Shown: positions 50,517 through 58,937 of the stretch, piece by piece
Numbering within the stretch: position 1 is the stretch's first letter
Layout of the letters: each line of letters starts with the position of its first letter
Assembly (NCBI GenBank): GCA_963777315.1
Contig: CAVZQC010000001.1
Location: 64,001-128,000 of the forward strand
DNA from: Vulcanimicrobiota bacterium
GTDB lineage: Bacteria > Vulcanimicrobiota > Vulcanimicrobiia > Vulcanimicrobiales > Vulcanimicrobiaceae
Length of the DNA stretch: 64,000 bases
Direction: 5' to 3'
Position numbers and translations under genes: made by a program
The notes under the pieces: model-generated
The model's input: only the letters and a program-made list of their open reading frames with translations
The model's database searches: none
What the model was told of the DNA's origin: nothing

Positions 50517-51236
50517 TTAGCGGACCGTGATGCCGACCGAAACTGCGTTCCCCGCTTCATCGCGTACGACTGCCGTGCACGAACCCGTCGATACCGGTTT
50601 GACGGAATAGGTTGCGGCCGCTTCCCCGGTTGCCGCCAGCGTTACCGTTGCAATGCCATCGCAGGTGCTGCGCTCGGAAAACGCGGCCACCTTTTGAGTG
50701 CTCGACACCATGAAGAGCCGCGTTTCCGAGTTGCGGTCTACCTGCACGCTGGGCGGATTGGCTGAAAGCGGATTGGAGGCCGCGCCGGCCGGCGGCGGCA
50801 GAACCGCGGCTTCGCCGGCGCGCCAAACCGTGCCGTCCGTAAATCGAACGGACTGCACCGCGCACGTCAGCTTGGGCGCAATGAATTGCGGCAGGATGAA
50901 CGCCTGCCCGGCGCCGTTTCTAAACTTGTGCTTGATCTCGATATCCGGCGAGAACGTGCCTACGTCGCGTATGATGAACGACGTCCCGTTCGAATCGACC
51001 GCAAAATTGATCAGGTCGGCGGTTTTGGGGGTCGTATTGGTAAATTGGATTTGGATCCCGGAACTGCTCGAGGCGATTGGAATTCCCAGGACGTTTTGCG
51101 TCTGATTGTTGTCCAGCATCGGCCCGCACGAATTTATCGCGACCGGCACGGCACTGTTCTGCGCCCGAACACCGGGCGGTACGACGCTCAGCACGAAAGC
51201 CGCTATGCCTGCCGTTATAAGTACGATCGTGCGCAT
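50517..51236 (-). CDS. Secreted hypothetical protein (two beta-rich domains)
   Basis: Signal peptide MRTIVLITAG...VRA; paired Cys residues; VRFTDGTVW. Confidence 0.65.
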   Translation of the reverse strand: MRTIVLITAGIAAFVLSVVPPGVRAQNSAVPVAINSCGPMLDNNQTQNVLGIPIASSSSGIQIQFTNTTPKTADLINFAVDSNGTSFIIRDVGTFSPDIEIKHKFRNGAGQAFILPQFIAPKLTCAVQSVRFTDGTVWRAGEAAVLPPPAGAASNPLSANPPSVQVDRNSETRLFMVSSTQKVAAFSERSTCDGIATVTLAATGEAAATYSVKPVSTGSCTAVVRDEAGNAVSVGITVR

Positions 51237-51295
51237 GGGGCGATTTTTCGCCGGATGCGCCGCCGCGGCCTCGTGCTCGAGCCGGAAATGTGCGT

Positions 51296-52021
51296 TCAAT
51301 CCAACATCTCGCGCAGGATGCCGGCATCGCGGGGCGCTGCTGCAAGCGTGTCGTTGTTGAAGTACACGAACACGTCGCGAGCTCGCTCGGATAGCGATCG
51401 AATGCGCCGCGCCCAATGCCCGAGCGACCGGCGCGGGTAAGATCCGACGTACAGGCCCTCGTAGCCGTGCAGCCGGACGTAAGCGAGCTGCGAACTTGTG
51501 ACGGCTTCCCGCACCCGCATGCCGGGGTAATCGTGAACGCACAGGGCGATGTCCCGCCGGCGCAATAGGGCTTCCACTTGCGGCACGTGCCACGACCGGT
51601 GGCGAAACTCTACGACATAGCGATGATGCGCAGGCAGCTTGTCCAGGAAGGCGTTCAAATGCGCGTCGTCGCGCTGCAGATACGGCGGAAACTGCACCAG
51701 AATCTGCGCGGCTTTCCCTTCATCGAAACAGGCAGCTCGACGCATGTAATTTTCGATGAACTCGTCGACGCGCGGCGGTAGCGTCTTGCGGTGAGTGATG
51801 AGCCGGCTCAGTTTGATCGTGTAAAGAAAGTTCGCCGGCACGGTTGCGCACCACACGCGCACCTGATCTTCTTTGGGCAGCCGGTACGTAGTTGCGTTCA
51901 GTTCGACCGTATCGAAACGGCCGGCGTAGTATTCGAGCCAGCGCCGCTGCGACAGTCCTTTGGGGTAGAAGCGGCCGCGCCAGTCGGCGTACACCCAGCC
52001 GCTGGTGCCGATTCGGATCAG
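51296..52021 (-). CDS. DUF72 family protein
   Basis: IRIGTSGW.Y..W...FYP, TVELN.T.Y, QFPP, VEFRH.SW, YVRLHG and YFNND. The conserved N-terminus lies upstream of the ORF-track GTG, so the start is uncertain (CTG at 52021). Confidence 0.88.
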   Translation of the reverse strand: MIRIGTSGWVYADWRGRFYPKGLSQRRWLEYYAGRFDTVELNATTYRLPKEDQVRVWCATVPANFLYTIKLSRLITHRKTLPPRVDEFIENYMRRAACFDEGKAAQILVQFPPYLQRDDAHLNAFLDKLPAHHRYVVEFRHRSWHVPQVEALLRRRDIALCVHDYPGMRVREAVTSSQLAYVRLHGYEGLYVGSYPRRSLGHWARRIRSLSERARDVFVYFNNDTLAAAPRDAGILREMLD

Positions 52022-52062
52022 CGGTCTAGCGCCATCGGCTCACGAGAAGACTTAACAGCCTG

Positions 52063-52509
52063 CTAGGCGACGGCCGCCGGGAGCGCTTCGCGGATGCGCG
52101 CGAGCAGGGTCGCGGTTTCTTCGCGGTGACGCCCGGCTAGAGCGGCGGTGGACGAAAAACCCAAAGCGCGCGCATTCGACTCGAGCATCAGCGCACCGGC
52201 ATGCGCGAGGCTGAGCGCGGCATAGTAGTCGCGCAGCGCCTTGGCGACGGGTTCGGGCGCCCGCTCGTCGGAGCGCAGTTCAACGAGCGCGCTTTCACCG
52301 CCCAAGCGGCGCAAGTGTTCGGTGAGATCGTCGACGTGAGTGCCGAGCGTGCGCACCAGCCGCTCGAGCAGCCCGCGAGTTTCCGGCAACGCCTGAATTT
52401 CGGCCGAACGCAGCTGCGCGGCGACCAAAGCCAGCGTTCGTTGAGTAGCGTTGCGCATATCGGCCACGTACGCGCGCATTTGATGGATGGCATTGCCCAT
52501 GTGCGGCAC
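52063..52509 (-). CDS. Helical hypothetical protein (ferritin-like/DUF892-like pattern)
   Basis: H...L..HL..LGG, ALRDYY..LS and A.ALG helix-bundle pattern. Confidence 0.55.
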   Translation of the reverse strand: MPHMGNAIHQMRAYVADMRNATQRTLALVAAQLRSAEIQALPETRGLLERLVRTLGTHVDDLTEHLRRLGGESALVELRSDERAPEPVAKALRDYYAALSLAHAGALMLESNARALGFSSTAALAGRHREETATLLARIREALPAAVA

Positions 52510-52584
52510 CTCGGTTCATGCAGATTGCCGAAACGGCGGTTGGGCAAACCTTGCCGGCGGGGAACCGGACGCAGTCTTTCGGCC

Positions 52585-53145
52585 CTATCCTTTATAGAAG
52601 CACGCTGCGCACATCTGCACGTAACGCGCCTGGCCCTCGATTGCGATTTGCGCGCCGCTGGTTATCCGATTGCCACGCTCGTCCACGCGCACGTTCATCG
52701 TTGCCTTCTTGCCGCAAGTGCACACGTTCTTGACCTCTTCCAGGCTGTCCGAAAGTGCCAGCAAGTACGCCGCTCCCGGAAACGGCTCGCCGCGGAAGTC
52801 GCTGCGGATTCCATAGCAAATGACCGGGATGGCCAGTACGTGCGCCGCACGGTGAAGATCTCTTACTTGCAGCGGCGTAAGAAATTGGGCCTCGTCGACC
52901 AGTGCGCATGCCAGGTCGCGTTCGCTCTCCAACCGCGTATAAAAGTCGGTCGCTTCGTCGAAGGTTTCCACGCTGCGGCGCGGCCCCAGCCTCGATGCGA
53001 TCACCCCAAAACCCGCGCGCGTATCCAAGGCGGACGTAAAGACCGCCACGCGGCGACCGTGCTCTTCGTAGTTGTGGGCTACCTGCAGCAGAGCGGTCGA
53101 TTTGCCGGCGTTCATTGCCGAATATCGGAAGTAGAGTTTTGCCAC
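52585..53145 (-). CDS. tdk: Thymidine kinase
   Basis: KLYFRYSAMNAGKST, LVDEAQFL, YGIRSDF, CTCG and CAAC. GTG start. Confidence 0.95.
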   Translation of the reverse strand: MAKLYFRYSAMNAGKSTALLQVAHNYEEHGRRVAVFTSALDTRAGFGVIASRLGPRRSVETFDEATDFYTRLESERDLACALVDEAQFLTPLQVRDLHRAAHVLAIPVICYGIRSDFRGEPFPGAAYLLALSDSLEEVKNVCTCGKKATMNVRVDERGNRITSGAQIAIEGQARYVQMCAACFYKG

Positions 53146-53150
53146 CGAGT

Positions 53151-53588
53151 CTAGAGGCGCACCACCAGCACCGGCACGGGCGCGGACCGCACGACGGCTT
53201 CGGCTACGCTCCCCAGCAGCAGCCGCTGAATGCCCGTGCGCCCGTGGCTTCCCATGACGATGAGGTCGGCATTGCATTTTTTACCGAAGGCAACGATGTC
53301 CTCGGCGGGGTAGCCTTCGACGATCTGCGTGTCGATGCTCACGCCCGCTGCTCGCGCGCGTTCGGCGGCCTGCTGCAGCACGTGCTTGGCATCCTCGCGC
53401 AGCGCTTCGAAATACGTTTGAACGACGTCCGCAGATGCAATCGTCATCGACGATGCGGCCCGGATGATGTCCACTACCGTACACGCCGTGCATTGCGCGC
53501 CAAGCGCTTTTGCCAGCGAAGCCGCAGCGTCCAGCGCTTTGGCCGCGCACTCCGAACCGTCAACCGCGACTAAGATATGCTTGAACAT
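53151..53588 (-). CDS. Universal stress protein (UspA family)
   Basis: FKHILVAVDGS, DLIVMGSHGRTG..RLLLGSVAE.V and PVLVV. Confidence 0.95.
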   Translation of the reverse strand: MFKHILVAVDGSECAAKALDAAASLAKALGAQCTACTVVDIIRAASSMTIASADVVQTYFEALREDAKHVLQQAAERARAAGVSIDTQIVEGYPAEDIVAFGKKCNADLIVMGSHGRTGIQRLLLGSVAEAVVRSAPVPVLVVRL

Positions 53589-53614
53589 ATTGCCGTTTGC
53601 GGCAATTACTTCTT

Positions 53615-54460
53615 CTACGCAGTTTTACCCGGCTGCCCGGCACCGCTCGCGACGGATGGATGAGGTTGCGGCTCGGGAAACGTTTGTTCGGTCTGAAACG
53701 GCGGCTGCAAGTCGAATTTCCAATCGCCGTGCGATGACACCAAATCAAATCCTGCGGGCTTCTCTTGAGCATTTTTCGCACCGTCGGTCGAATCGTTCAT
53801 GTAGGCGTGCGCGAATTTTTCGGTGCCGGGCAGATTGCCGGGCGGGAAGTTGGGCTCGATGGCGTCGAGCGCCGCTTCGAACATTTTTTGATGCGCGATC
53901 TCGCGGGTCATGAGAAACGTCAGCGTGTCTTTGCAGCCGGCATCGTCGCACTGTTTGATGAGGCGTTCGTATACCATCTTCGCGCGTGCTTCTGCCGCTA
54001 TGTCGGATCGTAAGTCCGCCGTCGGTTGTCCGATCGTGTCGTTATATGCGGCAGTCCACGGAGCGCCCATCGAGTCCGTCAGACGCAGGCCGCTGCCGCC
54101 GCTGAGCAGCGTGGCGCCGCTGCTTAGCGACATCTCGACGAATTTCTCATGATTGCCTTCGAGCAATTCCCCCAGGTAGTTACCCTCGACTTCGTCAATT
54201 TGCGCTCCGGACGTTCCCTTGAGCAGCTGCACGAGCGTTTGGGCCACCATCTCCAAATGCGAAAGTTCTTCGGTCGCGATGTCGAGCAGCATGTCGCGCC
54301 GCTTGACGTCGGATTCCGCCCAGCCTTGAGTAAAGTACCGCATCGCGGCGGCCAATTCGCCGTTGGGGCCGCCGAACTGCTCGAGAAGCATCTTGGCAAA
54401 CTTCGGGTTGGGTTCGTCCACCCGAACCGCATACATCATTCTTTTGTTATGAAGAAACAT
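53615..54460 (-). CDS. Manganese-containing catalase
   Basis: EQFGG..GEL.AA.RY, DIATEELSHLE, DL..DIAAEARA and REIAHQ. Confidence 0.93.
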   Translation of the reverse strand: MFLHNKRMMYAVRVDEPNPKFAKMLLEQFGGPNGELAAAMRYFTQGWAESDVKRRDMLLDIATEELSHLEMVAQTLVQLLKGTSGAQIDEVEGNYLGELLEGNHEKFVEMSLSSGATLLSGGSGLRLTDSMGAPWTAAYNDTIGQPTADLRSDIAAEARAKMVYERLIKQCDDAGCKDTLTFLMTREIAHQKMFEAALDAIEPNFPPGNLPGTEKFAHAYMNDSTDGAKNAQEKPAGFDLVSSHGDWKFDLQPPFQTEQTFPEPQPHPSVASGAGQPGKTA

Positions 54461-54671
54461 TGAACTCCGATTCCTTACAGATGCTCATCATTCCGTTGCC
54501 GGCAGCTGCCCAAACACGCGCGCCGGAATGCGGCGCGCCGGAGCACACAAAAATCGAAAAAAAGGCGTAAGACCGAGCCCGGCTGAGGCAAGCCGACGCC
54601 TGGACGATATGGTCGCAGAGAGCGGCGGCGAATTGCATGCGGACACTTGGTGCCTCGTGAGGTAATCCATC

Positions 54672-56546
54672 GTGAGTTTTGCAAATATTTCCAACGCGCG
54701 CGCACTGGCTGTAGCCACTGCGCTAGGTCTATTGGTCAGCGGCTGCGGCGGTGGAGGCGGCGGGGGCGCTGCGTCCTCATCCGCGCCCGGAGTCCTGCCG
54801 CAAACCGCCGCCCGCGGCACTGCAGAACGGGCGCCCGGAGGAATCCGCAGCGGCATGGTGCGCATCGAAAAAAGCGACGCATCGCCCACAGCCAACGCGC
54901 GTATCGTTCAAACGCACGTCGGCTCTTCGCAGCCTGCAACGGCCGTGCCACCCGTGCCGCGGCCCGACGAACGGCCGTGCATCGTTCAGTTGTTTTCGCA
55001 TTTTCAATTCACGAACTTCACCTACCCGACGTTTCAATACACGCCTCCGTCGGCGTGCCCGGGACCTTGGGCGAAAGTCGTGCTCGACGCCGACTTTAAC
55101 GTAACGGCAGGACGCCAATTCGACCGGACGGCTTCAATTTGGATTGCCGGGACGAACGTCTACTTCGGCACTACGGCGGAACCATCGGCCACCGTCAGTC
55201 CATCTTGGCACGTCGAACGCGACGTGACCGCGCTGAGCGCAATCTTCCGCTCGCCCTCGACGGGCGAGGTCGTGCTGGGCAACATCGTCAACAGCACGTA
55301 CACCGGCATTATTTCGGCCAGCAGCAAACTCGAGTTCTACCCTGCCGGCAGGCGTTATCCGGCTCGAGTCGTCGCGGACGACGTCTATCCTCTCTCGGGC
55401 GGTCCGCTGGGCGACAATCAGTACATCAGCACGCAGCAGCAACCGCTTACGGCAACCTACACGCTGCCCAGAAACATTCGAGCCGCGTATTTGGACGTGT
55501 ACTTGCAGTCGCAGATCGGCGACGAGTTCTGGTACACGTGCTTTCCCAGCGACCTTGCAGCAAAGATCCCGAATTGCGGAAACACGGCGTTTCGTGAAGG
55601 CGACGTCGCCGTTGACGGACAGCCCGCAGGCATATCGCCCGTGTACCCGTGGATCTATACGGGCGGGATCGACCCGTATCTCTGGCGACCGATTCCGGGA
55701 GTCGAAACATTCGACTTTACTCCCTATCGCGTCAATCTGACGCCCTTTGCCGGGATTTTGAGCGACGGACGGCCCCATACGATAACCGTCAACGTGTTCA
55801 ACAACGGCAACTATTTTGCGGCCAACGCGGCGCTGCTGACGTTCCTGGATCACGGATCGTCGCAGGTTACCGGCGGAATCATTCGCAACACGACCTCGTT
55901 GTATCCCAGCCCCAGCGTAACGGAAAACGTGCGGTTCAACGCGCAAGGTTTGGGCGCCGGACCGGTCAGCGTGACCTCGACGCATCCCCTCTATATCGCA
56001 GGGTACGTCAACACGTCTCGGGGTCGCATCGAAACCCAAGTGCGCCAGCGCGTGACCTTCAGCAACATGCAGCAAATATCGGCGAACACCACCGGAACCA
56101 TCTTCGATCAAAACATCAAGCAGCAGACCAACGTGCTGTCCGACACGACCACGCTGGGCCCCGGCTTCCGACGTTACGTTCGTGAAGAGCAGCATTGGCC
56201 GCTGCAGCTGATCTATGACTACAACGTCGCCGCCGACGGCAGCGCCGTGCAAAAGGCTTCGGTGGAGCAAGGCAAGATCGACATTCGAGTTGCCGGCGGC
56301 GACAACGACGAGAACGACGATCGCGGCGAAACGGAAGGCGGCGGATTCCGCTCGTTCCTCTCCAACTTCGTGCAGTCGAGCGACACCCTTACGTTCCCGA
56401 CCACGGGCGGCTACACGCCGTCAGGCGGCGAAAGCAGGCAAATCTACATCAAGGGCAACAATCGCGGATATTGTTATGCCAAGACCGTCATCTCCAAGAA
56501 CTACGTGCTCACCGGGCAGTTCGGGGGATCCTGCTTCGGCCTGTAG
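54672..56546 (+). CDS. Peptide-N4-(N-acetyl-beta-glucosaminyl)asparagine amidase, PNGase A family, lipoprotein
   Basis: Lipobox LVSGC followed by a Gly run; PWAKVVL, GRQFDR, GTTAEP, DEFWY, FRE..V.VDG..AG...YPWIYTGGI.PYLW.PIPG and NLTPFAG.L.DG. Confidence 0.85.
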   Translation: MSFANISNARALAVATALGLLVSGCGGGGGGGAASSSAPGVLPQTAARGTAERAPGGIRSGMVRIEKSDASPTANARIVQTHVGSSQPATAVPPVPRPDERPCIVQLFSHFQFTNFTYPTFQYTPPSACPGPWAKVVLDADFNVTAGRQFDRTASIWIAGTNVYFGTTAEPSATVSPSWHVERDVTALSAIFRSPSTGEVVLGNIVNSTYTGIISASSKLEFYPAGRRYPARVVADDVYPLSGGPLGDNQYISTQQQPLTATYTLPRNIRAAYLDVYLQSQIGDEFWYTCFPSDLAAKIPNCGNTAFREGDVAVDGQPAGISPVYPWIYTGGIDPYLWRPIPGVETFDFTPYRVNLTPFAGILSDGRPHTITVNVFNNGNYFAANAALLTFLDHGSSQVTGGIIRNTTSLYPSPSVTENVRFNAQGLGAGPVSVTSTHPLYIAGYVNTSRGRIETQVRQRVTFSNMQQISANTTGTIFDQNIKQQTNVLSDTTTLGPGFRRYVREEQHWPLQLIYDYNVAADGSAVQKASVEQGKIDIRVAGGDNDENDDRGETEGGGFRSFLSNFVQSSDTLTFPTTGGYTPSGGESRQIYIKGNNRGYCYAKTVISKNYVLTGQFGGSCFGL

Positions 56547-56715
56547 GTAAACGGCATGGGCGGTGCCCACCTCTACGGTGCGGCGCCGCCCCTGGCCGGC
56601 GGCGACCGGTTGTGGCTGTGCTGTGCGCGGAGTTGTAGAGATCGACTTCGTCGACGACGAGCTCAGTGGGCACGCTGGAAAGATGATAGAGGCGCAGCGC
56701 CGCTCCAAGCAGCAC
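56509..56715 (-). pseudogene. Remnant of the N-terminus of a GT-C (PMT/ArnT-like, GT39) glycosyltransferase
   Basis: VLLGAALRLYHLSSVPTELVVDEVDLYNSAHSTATTGR matches the TM1-LR..L...P....DE....A.S..TG start of these enzymes, then degenerates. Confidence 0.55.
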
Positions 56716-56725
56716 GATTGCAGGA

Positions 56726-57727
56726 TTATACTATAAGATGCACGTCCCCGAATTCGTGTTGGTAGTAGCCCAGCCCGGCGGCGTGCGCATAAGCCTGGCC
56801 GATCAATTGGCGGTCGGCAAACGCGCGCAGAATCCATTGATGCGTCGCGCCTGCGTCGTGAAAGCCGGTCAATAAAGCGTTGGGTATCGTTACGCCCCGG
56901 CGTTCGTCGACGACCAGATCGGTCCAACCCGACGCGGCGACGACTTCGCCGCCGTACACGGCGCTTTCCAGCGCGCGAACGACCGTCGTTCCCACGGCGA
57001 CGACGCGCCGCTTTTCGCGTTTGGCCGCATTGATTGCCTGCGCGGCTTGCGGGGATACCGCATATCGCTCCAACGCCGGCAACTCGGGCGCCTCGAAGCT
57101 CGCGACTGCGCAGTGCAGCGTTATCGTCGCTACGCCGACATTGCGTTTACGCAACGCTTCAATTACCCGCTGCGTGAAGGGGCGTCCCGCCGAAGGCATC
57201 TCCGACGAGCCGGGGCTCCGCGCAAACATCGTCTGGTAATCTGCCAGCGGAAAGCGTTCGGCAACGTAGCGGTAGCGAATCGGCTGGCCGAATCGCCCCA
57301 GATACGAATTCATCGCCTCGGGCAGCTGAAACCACGCGTACCATAAGCGGGGGCGTTCGGGCTCGACGGGTGCAATCATTACCGCAGACGCGTTCCCGGG
57401 AAGGCGCAACTCCTCGCCGCCCACGACCTGAGCGCGGGGCTCGGCCGTCCATACCCGCCGGTCGATCATCGTCGACACGTGCAGCGCAAGAGACTTGCCG
57501 TTAGCACGGTGCGCGAGCAGAGCCGCCGGCAACGTTGCGGAATCATTCACGACCAGCAAATCGCCGTCGCGCAGCACGGAGGGCAGCTCCAAGAAATGCC
57601 TATGCGAATGCGTGCGCCCTGCGCGATCGGTCACCAACATTCGCACGCAATCGCGTTCGATGCCGCGAGCCTCCGGCGGCGCGACGGCTTCGCGCAGTGC
57701 AGGTCCGCTTTGCATGGCAGCGCTCAT
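56726..57727 (-). CDS. QueA-like protein (S-adenosylmethionine:tRNA ribosyltransferase-isomerase fold, non-canonical clade)
   Basis: LRDGDLLVVNDS, YQTMFA, ITLH, VAVGTTVVRALE and LLTGFH, but EMPSAGRPF, PIRY and HEFGD replace the canonical AAPTAGLHF, PLPPYI and SYGD. ATGA overlap with the SDR stop. Confidence 0.85.
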   Translation of the reverse strand: MSAAMQSGPALREAVAPPEARGIERDCVRMLVTDRAGRTHSHRHFLELPSVLRDGDLLVVNDSATLPAALLAHRANGKSLALHVSTMIDRRVWTAEPRAQVVGGEELRLPGNASAVMIAPVEPERPRLWYAWFQLPEAMNSYLGRFGQPIRYRYVAERFPLADYQTMFARSPGSSEMPSAGRPFTQRVIEALRKRNVGVATITLHCAVASFEAPELPALERYAVSPQAAQAINAAKREKRRVVAVGTTVVRALESAVYGGEVVAASGWTDLVVDERRGVTIPNALLTGFHDAGATHQWILRAFADRQLIGQAYAHAAGLGYYQHEFGDVHLIV

Positions 57728-58452
57728 GCCGGCGACGAGTCCGCTAGCCGAACGCGCTCGTACGGATGCTGCATCGACGCAATGGCGTGCAGCAGGGCGC
57801 GGGCGCAGTCCGCGGGGTCGAGTAATTCTTCGGGATCGGCATCGGGTATGGCGTCGCGGTGCATTTGGGTGTCCATGTCGCCCGGATCTGCGACGAGCAC
57901 GCGCACCGGCGTGCCCTCGAGCTCGGCGGCGAAAACGGCCGATACGTGCTCCAAGGCAGCCTTCGTCGATCCGTAACCGCCCCACGTTGGATACGCCTGC
58001 ACGCCCGCGTCGGACGTGACGTTGACGATCGTACTGATCCCGCCGCCGCGACGCAGGAGCGGCAAAGCGTGCTGCATCAGATGAATCGGCGCGAAAACGT
58101 TCACGTCGAAAAGGCGCCGGAACGTTTGCTGCGTGAGTTCGTCGATGCGCGGGAGCGGCACCTCGCCCAGCGTCGAAGCGTTGTTGACCAGCAGGTCGAG
58201 CCGGCCGAGCTCGTCTGCGGCGGCCACGAGCGCGTGCGCGTGATCTTTGTCCGTTACGTCGCCGGCAATCGCGATGACGTTACCGAATTCCCGAAGTTCG
58301 CTATGCGCCGCGGCGAGCGCAGGTGCGTCACGTCCGTCCACGATCGTCTGCACGCCGCGCCGGAGCAGTTCGCGGGCAATCTGCTTTCCAAGTCCGCGCG
58401 AGCCTCCCGTAACGATGGCGACGTGCCCGGGTTTGAACCAAGAATCATTCAT
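57724..58452 (-). CDS. Short-chain dehydrogenase/reductase (SDR)
   Basis: TGGSRGLG, LVNNAS, catalytic YGSTK and DPGDMDT. Confidence 0.92.
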   Translation of the reverse strand: MNDSWFKPGHVAIVTGGSRGLGKQIARELLRRGVQTIVDGRDAPALAAAHSELREFGNVIAIAGDVTDKDHAHALVAAADELGRLDLLVNNASTLGEVPLPRIDELTQQTFRRLFDVNVFAPIHLMQHALPLLRRGGGISTIVNVTSDAGVQAYPTWGGYGSTKAALEHVSAVFAAELEGTPVRVLVADPGDMDTQMHRDAIPDADPEELLDPADCARALLHAIASMQHPYERVRLADSSPA

Positions 58453-58461
58453 ATAAGTGCA

Positions 58462-58492
58462 ACTCTACAACCTAAAGTATAGTTGAGGTCAA
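58462..58492 (-). promoter_or_regulatory. SoxR operator within a MerR-type sigma70 promoter (19-bp spacer) driving SDR and the queA-like gene
   Basis: Minus strand reads TTGACC (58492-58487), 19 nt, TAGAGT (58467-58462). The dyad CCTAAAGTATAGTTGAGG at 58471-58488 matches 14/18 positions of the soxS box CCTCAAGTTAACTTGAGG. Confidence 0.88.
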
Positions 58493-58496
58493 TATC

Positions 58497-58937
58497 ATGG
58501 CCGATTTGCTGACGGTGGGCGAGATGTCGGCGCGCAGCGGCGTCGCCGTTTCGGCTATCCGCTTTTACGAAGCCAAAGGCCTCATTCACAGCGTTCGCAG
58601 TTCCGGCAACCAGCGCCGTTTTTCACGCTCGGAATTGCGGCGCGTCGCCGTGATCAAGGTCGCTCAGCGGGCCGGCATCGCGCTGGGCGAGATCGGCGAT
58701 GCGCTAGCGACGCTGCCCAGCGGACGCACCGTCTCGGCCAAGGACTGGGCGCGGTTGTCGCTCAGATGGAAGCGGGATTTGCAAGAGCGCATTGCGCGGC
58801 TCACTGCGCTGCGCGATCAATTGGGGGATTGCATCGGATGCGGATGCTTATCCTTGGACAGCTGCCCTTTGCGCAATCCGGGCGATGTACTCGCATCCCA
58901 GGGTCCAGGTCCGCGGCTGCTCGACTTCGAGGATTAG
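58497..58937 (+). CDS. soxR: Redox-sensitive transcriptional activator SoxR
   Basis: MerR HTH ([27 protein letters not shown]) and [2Fe-2S] motif [10 protein letters not shown]. Confidence 0.96.
   Translation: MADLLTVGEMSARSGVAVSAIRFYEAKGLIHSVRSSGNQRRFSRSELRRVAVIKVAQRAGIALGEIGDALATLPSGRTVSAKDWARLSLRWKRDLQERIARLTALRDQLGDCIGCGCLSLDSCPLRNPGDVLASQGPGPRLLDFED

Noticed and set aside
54747..54767. G-rich run after the PNGase lipobox as a contingency repeat
   Set aside because: Mixed Gly codons encode a normal lipoprotein linker; it is not a pure repeat tract.
56726..57727. Calling the gene canonical queA
   Set aside because: Signature motifs differ, no tgt is adjacent, and it sits behind a SoxR operator.
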